Origin: Cyanophyceae cyanobacterium
Lineage (GTDB): Bacteria > Cyanobacteriota > Cyanobacteriia > Cyanobacteriales > JBHJGN01
Length of the DNA stretch: 46,739 bases
Assembly: GCA_050331735.1 (NCBI GenBank)
Contig: JBHJGN010000054.1
Coordinates: forward strand, 1 to 46,739
Direction: 5' to 3'
Under the pieces are notes generated by a model. The model saw nothing but the letters and a program-made list of their open reading frames with translations, was not told the DNA's origin and searched no databases. Each line of letters starts with the position of its first letter. The stretch's first letter is position 1. Below are positions 18,874 through 29,108 of the stretch, one piece after another. Made by a program: the position numbers and the translations under genes.

Positions 18874-20412
18874 CTATTGAGCTTTAGCCGCAAACTTCTC
18901 AATTAAGATTTCTCGCAGCACTGGCAATAGATCATCGCAGGCAACTCCTTTTTGAACGCATTCTCCAAGCTGAGCCTCGTGACCCACTTTTCCGCCCATA
19001 TAGATATCTACGCCTTCAACCGATTTGCCGTCTTTGCGGACTTTAGTGCCCATCAAGCCAATATCGGCAACTTGAGGTTGACCACAGGAGTTCGGGCAGC
19101 CAGTCCAGTGAATCCGCACCGGCTTATCCAGAGTCAACTCCGCTTCCAGCGCTTGAATCATAGCTAGAGCACGATTTTTGGTTTCAATCAAAGCAAAGCC
19201 GCAGAATTGAGCGCCCGTACAGGATACCAACGCTCTTTCTAACGAATTAGGCGCAATTGAAAACTTTTCGAGAATCGGTTCGGCCAAAAACGCTTCGAGC
19301 GCAGAGTCAGGAATATTGGGAATCAGTAAGTTTTGCTCAACGGTTAGCCGGATCTCGCCACTACCGTAAACTTCTGCCATGCGCGCTATCTCAAACATAT
19401 CCTGAGCGTAGAGTCTCCCGATGGGGATATGAAGACCAACATAGTTAAAGCCGGGCTGCTTTTGCGCAAATACACCGATATGATCGCGTTTTTCCCAGTC
19501 CATCTCGTCCTTGTCCGCCGCCGTTTGCAGAGGTTGCCCCAATTGTTCTTCAATAGCAGAGCGAAACTTTTCAAGGCCCCATTCTTTAATTAGCCACATC
19601 ATCCGGGACTTCTGCCGATTAGCCCGCAAACCATAATCTCTAAAAACTTCTAAAATAGCTCGACTGATATCGACAACCGCATCATTGGGAGGCACCCAAA
19701 CATTGAGGGGAACGGCTGCTTCACAGGCCTTGGCAGAGAAGAAGCCGCCAACGAGAACGTTAAACCCTAAGTTTCCATCTTTGTAGGCTGGAACAAAGGC
19801 AATGTCGTTAATTTCAGCATGAACCGAGTTATCTCTTCCGCCTTCGATAGCAATATTAAATTTACGAGGCAGATTGGTGAACTCATAATTCCCCTGACCG
19901 TTGCCCGTAATCATGTCCTGTACTTTCTGCACCAATCCTCTCGTATCAATGAGCTCATTGGCATCTAGTCCGGCCATTGGCGACCCGGTAATGTTGCGAA
20001 CATTATCCATCCCGGATTGGACTGAAGTCATACCTGCTTCTTCAAAACGGTGAAAAATGTCCGGGACATCTTCTAAACGAATGCCTCGTAATTGAAGATT
20101 TTGCCGAGTCGTGATGTCCGCATTACCATCATCGCCATAGCGCTGCACAATTTCTGCTAACACTCGCATTTTGGTGCTGGTCAAAATCCCGTTTGGGGTT
20201 CTCATCCGCAGCATAAACTTGCCGGGAGTCACAGGGCGATAAAAAACTCCGACCCACTTAAGCCGATGCTCAAGGTCGGTTTTATCAACGGCTTCCCAAC
20301 CGACTTGAGCGAAATACTCAAGCTGCTCTTTAACCGCTAAGCCGTCTTTTTCGGCTTTGAATTTTTCAAATTTGTTTAGCTTTTCTTGACCCGATTTGAC
20401 GGCTTCTACCAT
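18874..20412 (-). CDS. nirA: Ferredoxin-nitrite reductase
   Basis: ITTRQNLQLRG, NLPRKFNIA, and siroheme/4Fe-4S cysteines SCTGAQFC and TGCPNSCG. Confidence 0.96.
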   Translation of the reverse strand: MVEAVKSGQEKLNKFEKFKAEKDGLAVKEQLEYFAQVGWEAVDKTDLEHRLKWVGVFYRPVTPGKFMLRMRTPNGILTSTKMRVLAEIVQRYGDDGNADITTRQNLQLRGIRLEDVPDIFHRFEEAGMTSVQSGMDNVRNITGSPMAGLDANELIDTRGLVQKVQDMITGNGQGNYEFTNLPRKFNIAIEGGRDNSVHAEINDIAFVPAYKDGNLGFNVLVGGFFSAKACEAAVPLNVWVPPNDAVVDISRAILEVFRDYGLRANRQKSRMMWLIKEWGLEKFRSAIEEQLGQPLQTAADKDEMDWEKRDHIGVFAQKQPGFNYVGLHIPIGRLYAQDMFEIARMAEVYGSGEIRLTVEQNLLIPNIPDSALEAFLAEPILEKFSIAPNSLERALVSCTGAQFCGFALIETKNRALAMIQALEAELTLDKPVRIHWTGCPNSCGQPQVADIGLMGTKVRKDGKSVEGVDIYMGGKVGHEAQLGECVQKGVACDDLLPVLREILIEKFAAKAQ

Positions 20413-20566
20413 GGATCACTTCTCCTTAAGTTTGGTGTGGCTCGCCGAATAAAAGGGCATGAGACTTCCATCCGTCATGCTTGATAAGCAGAGGACCAGT
20501 GGTCTTCTATACCGTTTTTTATACATAGCCTTGAATATTTTAATTTCTTAGATATGAATAAAATGT

Positions 20567-20632
20567 GTAATTTCAGTCACTTAATGCCTCAACAAATGCA
20601 GAAAACGCATGATTTTTTTGTCTATTCTGCAT
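20567..20632 (-). promoter_or_regulatory. NtcA-like box plus NtcB-like boxes upstream of nirA
   Basis: GTAATTTCAGTCAC (GT-N10-AC, 20567-20580); ATGCAGAAAACGCAT (20596-20610); partial box TTGTCTATTCTGCAT (20618-20632). Confidence 0.65.
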
Positions 20633-20652
20633 TTGAGAGCCGCCTGACAACG

Positions 20653-20681
20653 AAAAGGTGAGCCAAGTTGACGGCTCACCT
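20653..20681 (-). terminator. Intrinsic terminator of rpe
   Basis: AGGTGAGCC/GGCTCACCT stem followed by Ts on the minus strand. Confidence 0.7.
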
Positions 20682-20704
20682 CATATCCATGATCAAAGCT
20701 AATT

Positions 20705-21412
20705 CTAAACAGTTGCCAGTTCTGGGGAAGGACGCTTGCTGTTGCGGATGCCTTCAATGGCTTCTGCGTAGTCATCGGCTTTAAAGACAGCAGAACCAGC
20801 GACAATAGCGTTAGCACCCGCCTCTAGCACCTGCCAGGTATTGTTTGGTTTCAGACCTCCGTCCACTTCAATCCAAGGATCTAAGCCGCGTTCGTCGCAT
20901 ATAGAGCGCAGTTTGCGAATTTTAGACACCATTCCCGGAATAAAGCTTTGTCCGCCAAAGCCGGGGTTAACACTCATAATCAGCACCAGGTCGCAAACAT
21001 CTAGGACGTATTCTAGTAAATCTAGAGGAGTCGAAGGATTCAAAACCACTCCTGCTTTTTTCCCTAAATCTTTAATCTGCGTCAGGGTACGGTGGAGATG
21101 AGGAGAGGCATTGTGCTCAACATGAACGGTGATGTGATCGGCTCCCGCCTTCGCAAAGTCCTCAACGTACTTCTCCGGTTCAACGATCATTAAGTGGACA
21201 TCCAGCGGCTTTTCGGTCAGCGGACGAATGGCTTTAACAATCAGAGGACCGATGGTTATATTCGGAACAAACCGTCCGTCCATGACATCAACATGAATCC
21301 AGTCAGCCCCAGCCGCATCAACAGCTCGGATTTCTTCTCCTAAACGACTGAAGTCGGCGGATAAAATGGATGGGGCAATGACTACTCGTTTCTCGGTTCC
21401 GTTTTGGGTCAT
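20705..21412 (-). CDS. rpe: Ribulose-phosphate 3-epimerase
   Basis: [37 protein letters not shown]. Confidence 0.97.
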   Translation of the reverse strand: MTQNGTEKRVVIAPSILSADFSRLGEEIRAVDAAGADWIHVDVMDGRFVPNITIGPLIVKAIRPLTEKPLDVHLMIVEPEKYVEDFAKAGADHITVHVEHNASPHLHRTLTQIKDLGKKAGVVLNPSTPLDLLEYVLDVCDLVLIMSVNPGFGGQSFIPGMVSKIRKLRSICDERGLDPWIEVDGGLKPNNTWQVLEAGANAIVAGSAVFKADDYAEAIEGIRNSKRPSPELATV

Positions 21413-21664
21413 AGCTTGCGTCTCTCTCTAAGGATCCTCGTTGACCACAATTTTAACAAAATCTTCACAAATTCTCTCAGAAATCAGCTAACCTTTTTTG
21501 AGGAAATACTGCTATGAACACAAATAGCTAAATTGAGGAGTGAAGCGATCGCCTGCCAAAGCGCCGCTAAATGGCCCAAAGTTGATGGTGCCACCACTGA
21601 ATGACACAAAAAGGCGATCGCCTGTCAAGACAAAATTAAACGTGACCAAAAAAACTTAGATGAA

Positions 21665-22153
21665 ATGAATCTGCGCTCCGCCACCTTTGCTGATTTGGAC
21701 CTGCTGCGACACTGGGATGAACAACCGCACGTCATTGCTTCTGACCCTCATGACGACTGGAATTGGGAGGTAGAGCTTGCTCGGACTCCTGATTGGAGAG
21801 AGCAACTGATAGCTGAAATTGATGGTCGTCCCATTGGTTTTATTCAGATTATCGCTCCTGCCCGTGAGGAAAGTCACTATTGGGGGGATGTCACTGCCAA
21901 TCTTCGCGCTATTGACATCTGGATTGGGGAAGAGGCAAATTTGGGCAAGGGCTATGGAACGAAAATGATGCAGCTTGCTCTTGAACGATGTTTTGCTGAT
22001 TCGGCGGTGACAGCCGTACTTGTTGACCCATTAGCTAGCAATACTCGTGCTCACCATTTTTACGAACGACTTGGCTTCCAATTTGTTGAGCCCCGACGAT
22101 TTGGTGATGATCAATGCTTTGTTTATCGTCTATGCCGAACAGTTTGGAGATGA
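21665..22153 (+). CDS. GNAT acetyltransferase (AAC(6')-like fold)
   Basis: AIDIWIGE, LGKGYGT, VDPLASNTRAHHFYERLGF. Confidence 0.85.
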   Translation: MNLRSATFADLDLLRHWDEQPHVIASDPHDDWNWEVELARTPDWREQLIAEIDGRPIGFIQIIAPAREESHYWGDVTANLRAIDIWIGEEANLGKGYGTKMMQLALERCFADSAVTAVLVDPLASNTRAHHFYERLGFQFVEPRRFGDDQCFVYRLCRTVWR

Positions 22154-22223
22154 GAACAAGAGTGTGGAGTGAGTGCTGAGGCGGTAACTGAAGCTGATTT
22201 TACTGTCGTTTAGGTCAGTCAGT

Positions 22224-22257
22224 AAAAGCGCTCGTCCTATCAGTAGAAACGAGCGCT
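22224..22257 (-). terminator. Terminator after the RTX-repeat gene
   Basis: AGCGCTCGT/ACGAGCGCT stem plus Ts on the minus strand. Confidence 0.65.
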
Positions 22258-22277
22258 GATTGCCAATGAGTCACAGC

Positions 22278-23255
22278 TCAAAGAATAAAATCGGCAGCAG
22301 AAAGGGAAGTAAGATTTTCCGAAGACTCAATCTCCAAAATTGCATTGCTGCCCCCAACTCGTGCTTGAATCAAATTGTTCGCCGCATCGTAGCGCACCTG
22401 TCCGATGCTGCTGTTAAAAGCACCGTTAATAAAAGAGCGACTGCCAATAAATGAAAAGGCTTGGTCGCCACTTGTTGTCGAACTCGCATCAATAGCTGAC
22501 AAATCGATAATGTCAAAACCGCGACTAAGACCGATGAGGTCTCGCTCAGTAGCTGTACTATCAGAGACTATGGTGTAGCGGAAGATATCATCACCAGCGC
22601 CATCGAGGAGGACATCGGCTCCTCGACCCCCCGTTAAGGTGTCACGACCACTGCCTCCACGAAGGGTGTCATCCCCAAAACCACTAATCAGCTCATCATC
22701 GCCACTCCCGCCATCGAGGACATTTCTGCTTGTCCGAGACGAGTCGAAGTCAATGATTCTATCGTCCCCCGCACCGCCGAGCAACGTGTCATCTCCTAAA
22801 CCGCCGTTAAGACTATCATTGCCCTCATTGCCGACCAAGCGATCATTGCCGCTGCCACCATCAAGCGAATCACTACCGAAAGAAGATTGCAGAGTATCGT
22901 TGCCGCTGCCGCCAAAAAGATCCGACCGCTCAAAGGAAAGACGACTCAGTAAGTCGTCCCCCAGACCACCGCGAAGAGTATTGTTTCCAGTCCCGGCAAT
23001 GAGAGTATCGTTGCCGTTGTCTCCCTCTAAAAAAATGCTGCCATCGTTGCCAACAATCGAAGTTACCCGACCAAATAAATCAGAGTCTGAAACGCTAACA
23101 TTATTGAAGCTGAGATCCCTCGCCCCACTGCGAATAAAAATGGCTTTACCTTCGTTAGAGCCAGAGTTGAAGCCAAAACCACCGACAGTTGAGTTGTTTT
23201 CAAAGGTAGTATTAGTCAGTGAGAGACTAGCTTGGTAGCAATTCCCGTTGAACCG
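22278..23255 (-). pseudogene. 5'-truncated RTX calcium-binding repeat protein with a serralysin-like C-terminal tail
   Basis: GGxGxDxL nonapeptides and [10 protein letters not shown]...QAFSFIG...ADFIL. The frame stays open upstream of 22838 to a stop near 23257 with no ATG/GTG/TTG. Confidence 0.8.
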
Positions 23256-23323
23256 TCAACCACCTATAAGCAATTAACTTTGTTTTAGGAATCTCCGAGC
23301 GTTCACGCCGGAGAGGATGTCAA
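23235..23323 (+). mobile_element. Right-end remnant of an IS200/IS605 (tnpB) element
   Basis: Encodes ...YKQLTLF*, then GGAATCTCCGAGCGTTCACGCCGGAGAGGATGTCAA (subterminal hairpin and TCAA end). Confidence 0.7.
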
Positions 23324-23391
23324 ACTTAAGACAATCGCTTTTCCCCAATCTATTAACCTAGACAGCCGCTAATCAGAGCAGAGAAATAGCC

Positions 23392-24984
23392 TTATCGTCC
23401 TATTTTCTGCCGAATTCGAGTTGCTAATAGGTTTACCTCTGGCAGCTTTAAGGACATCACCAGGGCAGCAAACACGCCGAGGGCGACTGCTGTTGAAATT
23501 CCAAGCTGCAATATCTGCACAATTAACTGCTCTGTGCCAAACTGCTCTAAGCCCAGAAAAACTCCCCAACAGGCTAATCCCGCAGCTACGCTACAGCCAA
23601 CTAATCCCAACAAATTCACGCCCCATACTCCCAAAGGAAGCCCGTTGAGGCGGCGATTGAGAACCCACAGCAGCAGCACCATTGAGGAGATATTGACTCC
23701 AATGGTGGCGAAAACTAAACCCGGTGTGGCAAAGGCGTTAATTAGCAAATAGTCAAGGACAGCATTAACAAAAATATTGAGGATGCTGATGCGAAACGGA
23801 GTTTCTCCATCTCCTAACGAATAAAATACTCGTACTAGGACATCTCTACCTAGGTAGAAGAACATGCCCAAGCCATAAGCGGCTAATACAGGAGCAACGC
23901 GCAGAGAATCTTGAACGTCAAAATTCAGGCGTTCGTAAACGACTCGGATAATCGGGAGGGAAAGCGCCACAAAAATTGCCGTTAGCGGCAGCATCGTCAG
24001 AGCCGTCAGCAGCAACCCCTGACGAATCCGAAGCTTGAGTTCCGTCCAGTTTTCTGGGGCCGCCAGCCGAGAGAATACCGGCAGCAGGGGAACCAAAATC
24101 ATATTGGAGATAATGCCAACGGGAGTGAGCACAATAAAGTTGGCATACCTCAACGCTGCTGCTGCTCCGTCGATGTAGGAAGCAAAGAAGAGATCGGTAT
24201 AGACATTGATATGCAGCATGCCTGAAGAGAGAGTCGCCGGAATCATCACCTTCAGCACATCGCTAACTCCGGGAACGCCCCAGTTGAAGCGTAACCGTAG
24301 CTTGCCCATCCCAGAACGCCACTGGGCAATGAGCTGTGCTAACCATTGGAGGATGGCTCCGGCTAACGTACCTCCAGCTAGAACGAGGCCCCCGACCCAG
24401 AGATACTGCGGCTCGTTCACCTGGGCTCCGAGTTGCCACATCAGTAAGCCGACTCCCACCACAATTGCCACGCTCGAAAACAGCGGGCTAATGCTGGGCA
24501 ACCAGTACTGATCGGAGGCATTGAGAGTGCCAAAGCCAATGCCAATCAGCCCCGCCAGCATCGCTAGCGGAGCCATAATTCGCAGTTGTTCGATGGCGAT
24601 CGCCCTCACTTGAGGATCTAAACCCGGTGCGAGAATGTCAATAAACGTACTGGCAAATACAATCAGCGCTACCGTGACCAACAGCAGGATGCCGCTGACA
24701 AAAGTTGTCACCGTCTCAACCAGGGGAGCCGCTTCGGCTTTGCTGCGCTTAGCCAACACGCTCACCAACGCACTATGAAAAGGACCATTGATCCCGCCGA
24801 GGAGAATGAGCAGGAAGCCCGGAATGACGTAAGCATAGGCGTAGGCGTTTACTACCGGGCCAATCCCAAAAGCCGCCGCGACAATTTGTTCGCGCACCAG
24901 CCCGAACACTTTACTAATTAGAGTAGCGGCAGCAACGATGCCGGCAATTCCAGCGAGAGAACGAGACGGTTTATTGGTAGACAC
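23392..24984 (-). CDS. murJ: Lipid II flippase MurJ (MviN)
   Basis: SKVFGLVRE, LLGGINGPFHSA, RVFYSLGDGETP; many TM segments. Confidence 0.95.
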   Translation of the reverse strand: MSTNKPSRSLAGIAGIVAAATLISKVFGLVREQIVAAAFGIGPVVNAYAYAYVIPGFLLILLGGINGPFHSALVSVLAKRSKAEAAPLVETVTTFVSGILLLVTVALIVFASTFIDILAPGLDPQVRAIAIEQLRIMAPLAMLAGLIGIGFGTLNASDQYWLPSISPLFSSVAIVVGVGLLMWQLGAQVNEPQYLWVGGLVLAGGTLAGAILQWLAQLIAQWRSGMGKLRLRFNWGVPGVSDVLKVMIPATLSSGMLHINVYTDLFFASYIDGAAAALRYANFIVLTPVGIISNMILVPLLPVFSRLAAPENWTELKLRIRQGLLLTALTMLPLTAIFVALSLPIIRVVYERLNFDVQDSLRVAPVLAAYGLGMFFYLGRDVLVRVFYSLGDGETPFRISILNIFVNAVLDYLLINAFATPGLVFATIGVNISSMVLLLWVLNRRLNGLPLGVWGVNLLGLVGCSVAAGLACWGVFLGLEQFGTEQLIVQILQLGISTAVALGVFAALVMSLKLPEVNLLATRIRQKIGR

Positions 24985-25039
24985 GCAGATTCACCGAACA
25001 AATTACCACCTATCAATGAACACTGCTTGATCGGTTTTG

Positions 25040-26590
25040 TCAAAGTTGAGCGGCAATGTCTTGAAGAGGATTCGGTGCTTGATTGGATATTCTTTCTTGA
25101 GGAACGACGGACAGGTAAGGTTTCAGCAAGCGGTCTTCCACCCAGCCTGAGTAATACTGAACCTCAATGGTATTCTGAGTGAGCTGCAACAACTTCAGGT
25201 TGCCCCGCATCGCATAATGATTCAACGGAAAGGGCGGATTCTGGTCAACGGGCGCTGAGCTAATGCCGCTGGGTCCGCCGCCAAAGGCGCTCAGAGAGAC
25301 TTCATCCCATCCTCTTTCAAAGCGATCGCCATTCCAGTGCCACTCCCCACCGGGCCAATACACGGGCGGATGCCAAGGCCGCTCCGCGTTACTTCTTAGC
25401 GAGGCTCCCTGCTGTAGCGTCACCGTAAAGCCCTCGTCGTACCGAACTTCATAACGCCCGGGAGCATCGTCCTCGTAGCTTTGGGGAGACCACCACAGCA
25501 CTTCTACCTCCCCCTCAATCTCTGTTTTAGGAGACTCATCAGCCAAGCTTTGGTAAAGCGGGACTCCGGCTTCCGGCAAGGCCGACATGAGCGCAAATCG
25601 CCAACAGTTCCAGCTTTGAGGCTCGTCTGCTGTCTGCCACTGGACCTGGCAAACCCCGTTCCCCGTCGCGACCCACAGGCGCTCATCCTCTACCGCCAAC
25701 TCAGTGGGAATGGCCCCAACAATCGGACTGTTGCGCCGGTGATAAGCCTCGACAGCACCCGAGTGATACTCTGGGGAATTGGGACGATACGCTACCAGAC
25801 CCATACTGGGTAGGTAAGGGTTGCCTTCTCCCATTCTTTGCGTGGCTATCCAAAAGGTCGGGCGATCGGGATCTCCAGCAATTGCTAAATCATTAAGTTG
25901 CTGCTCGTTGATTTCCGCTGGCTGAATCACGTCAATTTCTGGCGTTTGCGGGTCGTAGCTGACAATGGTGGCGATGCCGCCGTTGCCTTCTCCCTGTTCG
26001 GGAGACACCGCCCAAAACAGTCGATTATCGTAGGTTAACGCGGCTGTCACTTGCGGAACCCCTAAAGAAACTGCCGTCTCTAACTGCTTGGCCTGCTCTA
26101 GAGTATAGAGGACTTGACGAATGGGCTGCTCCTGGTTCGGCGGCATTAATTCAAACACAACCTGCTGCGGTTCTTCCGTCGATTCAGGAGCCGGAGTTGG
26201 CTCAAACCGCACTCGATACCGATAGCTTTGCTCGTTTAGCTGAATGGTTTGATAGGTTGGTTCTGCAAAATAGTCATACTCATCCTGTGCCTCTACATCG
26301 GTTCCTGGCTGTATCGTCCAGCTTCCATCTCCTCGACAGTAGATGAAGTGGCGATCGCGCGACTGAAATGTTACCGTATCTGCTTCAGTTGCAATCTTGT
26401 GAATTTGGAAGTTGAATGAGTTGTACGAATCATACAGGCTCTCTGGTGCTTTGAGATCGACGTAGGCGAGAGAATCAGAGTCAGGACAGCTAGCCGTATC
26501 CGGTTCCGAGGCAGGCACATCAGGAGCAGACTCCTGGGAACAGCTCGCCAATAATCCGACTAAACATAGAGTGGCAACCAGTGATTTCAT
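25040..26590 (-). CDS. Acidic hypothetical lipoprotein
   Basis: Start chosen at MKSLVATLCLVGLLASC (lipobox); beta-rich, acidic mature region. Confidence 0.75.
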   Translation of the reverse strand: MKSLVATLCLVGLLASCSQESAPDVPASEPDTASCPDSDSLAYVDLKAPESLYDSYNSFNFQIHKIATEADTVTFQSRDRHFIYCRGDGSWTIQPGTDVEAQDEYDYFAEPTYQTIQLNEQSYRYRVRFEPTPAPESTEEPQQVVFELMPPNQEQPIRQVLYTLEQAKQLETAVSLGVPQVTAALTYDNRLFWAVSPEQGEGNGGIATIVSYDPQTPEIDVIQPAEINEQQLNDLAIAGDPDRPTFWIATQRMGEGNPYLPSMGLVAYRPNSPEYHSGAVEAYHRRNSPIVGAIPTELAVEDERLWVATGNGVCQVQWQTADEPQSWNCWRFALMSALPEAGVPLYQSLADESPKTEIEGEVEVLWWSPQSYEDDAPGRYEVRYDEGFTVTLQQGASLRSNAERPWHPPVYWPGGEWHWNGDRFERGWDEVSLSAFGGGPSGISSAPVDQNPPFPLNHYAMRGNLKLLQLTQNTIEVQYYSGWVEDRLLKPYLSVVPQERISNQAPNPLQDIAAQL

Positions 26591-26825
26591 CTCAGCAGAC
26601 GGCAACAGAGTAACTTCTAAGACTTTTAGGCTGCTGCCATAGTTCCTCAAAAGAGTCAGGGAACAATCAACGATTCACGAAAATTCACGAACACGCCAGT
26701 CAATTAGACTGTCCCTCGTTGTGTTGAGATCTGCTACAGCATGAAAATTCCCCTGAATAAAATTAGGAGCTTGCATTCAAAATGCATTGTAAATTTTTCA
26801 CTTTTCATCTGGCATTGCTGCCATT

Positions 26826-27191
26826 TGTGCAGCCCCACGCTATTTAAAAGCAAACGAAATTCCCCGGACTCCTCGTGAATTAACCCAGCGCTCTTGTTTG
26901 CACTACGGCTATTCGGCGACGGGCTATCAGTGGCAGGTGCTCGCACAAAACCAAGAAGAGCGCGTCTCTGTTGATGGGGTATTTTGTGCTAATGATGGCG
27001 AAGTTGAAGGTTGGGGAATCGTCATCCTCCCCACTTTTCTGGTGGAGCAAGAATTAGCAAGGGGAGAACTAGGAATTTTGCCCAACTATCGCCCGAGCGA
27101 ACTAATTTTGTGTGTAATTGATCCCGTCAACCGCCATCTTTCTACTAAAATTCAGGTGTTTACTCAGTTTCTCCAAGAGTGTTTTGCTTAA
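26826..27191 (+). pseudogene. LysR-family regulator, C-terminal fragment (HTH lost)
   Basis: CAAPRYLKANEIPRTPRELTQRSCLHYGY...GIVILPTFLVEQELARGEL...RHLSTKIQVFTQFL. Confidence 0.75.
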
Positions 27192-27199
27192 TTTGTTGA

Positions 27200-27694
27200 C
27201 GATGCGCGATCGCCATTGGGTTAGAAGCTTTACTAGGAGCCTTTGCAGCGGGTTTAGTGTTGGGAGGCATGAGCATTCAGGAGCGTTTGCTCAAGCTGTT
27301 TGAGCCGTTTACCTATATCTATACGACGATCTTTTTCGTCACCATTGGCGCAAGCGTTAATTTGAGCGTTCTTAATCCTTTCGTTCCAGAAAATCGACAG
27401 GGATTAGTAATTGCGGGCTGCTTAATTGTGATCGCTATTGTTGGCAAGATTGTCGCTGGCTTTGCCACCGTCACTAACCAGCCCATCAATCGACTGGCGA
27501 TCGGTGTTGGGATGATTCCTCGCGGTGAGGTCGGCTTAGTGTTTGCGGGCTTGGGTGCAGCCACGGGAGCGCTCTCAAACTCTCTAGATGCCGCCGTGAT
27601 CGTCATGGTAATTGTCACGACGATCGTTGCGCCTCTGCTGTTGAAGGGCGTGTTTTCTTCTCAAGATCTTCTAGCTCAGCCGACGCTTGAATAA
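27200..27694 (+). pseudogene. CPA2 cation/H+ antiporter (NhaS3-like), C-terminal fragment
   Basis: IGLEALLGAFAAGLVL, IFFVTIGA, GVGMIPRGEVGLVFA. An in-frame stop lies at 27197. Confidence 0.8.
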
Positions 27695-27782
27695 AGTCGC
27701 TTAGTATTTACGATAGATGTCAGTAAGGAGACAGAAGACAGAGGAAAAAAGCGTTGGCAGCATTGTTCTATTTCATATCAGT

Positions 27783-28937
27783 ATGACTAAACATTTTGAT
27801 GTAATTGTCGTGGGTGCAGGGGGAATGGGAAGTGCGGCGGCTTACTATCTCTCTAGAGCTAGGCAGCGCGTTCTGCTGCTAGAGCAGTTTGAACTGAATC
27901 ATCAAAAGGGCAGCTCCTACGGCTACTCGCGCGTTATTCGCTATTCCTATGACAATCCGATCTATGTTGACCTGATGCGGGCCGCTTATCCGCTGTGGTT
28001 TGCGCTTGAGGAAGAAGCGGGAGAAACTCTTTACGTACAAACCGGAGGGCTAGATTTTGGGTTGCCTAGTCAACCGACTTTTGGCAAATTACGCGACAGT
28101 ATGGATCGAGCCAAGCTCTCTTACGAACACTGGAGCGCTGCGGAGGCAGGCGATCGCTTTCCGCAATTTCGATTTGATGCAGACATGGAAGCTCTCTATC
28201 AACCGGATACGGGCCTGTTAGCGGCTTCTCAATGCGTTCTGGCCCATACCCAGTGTGCTATCAAGCGGGGAGCCACCCTCGTCGATCGTTCTCCGGTTAC
28301 TCAGATTAAAGTAGGCAGCGATTGGGTCACAGTTCAGACCCCTAGCGAAACTTACGCGGCGGGTGCGATTGTCATTACCGCAGGCAGTTGGGCCAAGCAA
28401 CTCCTGGCTCAGCAGGGACTGACACTTTCCCTAGAAGTGATGCCCTGTCAGCTAGGCTTTTTTGAGCCAGTCTTCCCGGCTGAGTACGAACCAGGGCGCT
28501 TCCCGGTCTTCTTTGCCCACAGGAACGGAGACTATGGTGAAATGCCCTACGGCATTCCTAGTCACGATGGTTCTGGACTGAAAGTAACGACCTTCTACGG
28601 GTGGGATACCGTTAGCTCTCCGGCTCAGGTAGACTATACTCCTGATGACGATTGGGTAGAGAGGATGCGGGGCTTTATTGCTCAGTATCTCCCTCAAGCC
28701 AACGGTCCTCTGATATCAACCCGTCGTTGCCTATATACTATGACCCCTGATAAAGATTTTATTATCGATCGCCACCCAGAGTATTCTCATATCGTTGTCG
28801 GAGCTGGATTTTCCGGTCACGGCTTCAAGTTCTCCACGCTGGTCGGCAGCATTTTAGCTGATTTAACCCTCAAAGGAGAAACGGAGCACAACATTCGCTT
28901 ATTTGGGCTTGAGCGCTTTCAGTCCGTGGTAGCTTAG
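27783..28937 (+). CDS. Monomeric sarcosine oxidase / N-methyltryptophan oxidase (SolA) family flavoenzyme
   Basis: VVGAGGMGSAAA, GSSYGYSRVIR, RRCLYTMTPD (covalent-FAD Cys position), GFSGHGFKF. Confidence 0.88.
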   Translation: MTKHFDVIVVGAGGMGSAAAYYLSRARQRVLLLEQFELNHQKGSSYGYSRVIRYSYDNPIYVDLMRAAYPLWFALEEEAGETLYVQTGGLDFGLPSQPTFGKLRDSMDRAKLSYEHWSAAEAGDRFPQFRFDADMEALYQPDTGLLAASQCVLAHTQCAIKRGATLVDRSPVTQIKVGSDWVTVQTPSETYAAGAIVITAGSWAKQLLAQQGLTLSLEVMPCQLGFFEPVFPAEYEPGRFPVFFAHRNGDYGEMPYGIPSHDGSGLKVTTFYGWDTVSSPAQVDYTPDDDWVERMRGFIAQYLPQANGPLISTRRCLYTMTPDKDFIIDRHPEYSHIVVGAGFSGHGFKFSTLVGSILADLTLKGETEHNIRLFGLERFQSVVA

Positions 28938-29108
28938 TTAGAACACGAAGCTTATTTCATTGTGTATTTCGGGGGATTCATTCCTTTCATGGCATTTTTC
29001 CTCAACTGCGCAATTCCTGATAGCTTCGTTTTTTGTTTGAGGAAGAGAAAGGAGAAAGGGTAAAATTCAGCCTAGCGGCAGTTCTACGGTCTGAATGGTT
29101 GTTTTGAC

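Noticed and set aside
21545..21632. Short direct repeat GCGATCGCCTG(C/T)CAA
   Set aside because: Largely explained by two HIP1 octamers; too short to support a separate element.
22639..23238. 199-aa Ser/Pro-rich plus-strand ORF
   Set aside because: Typical antisense shadow of RTX GGxGxD repeats.
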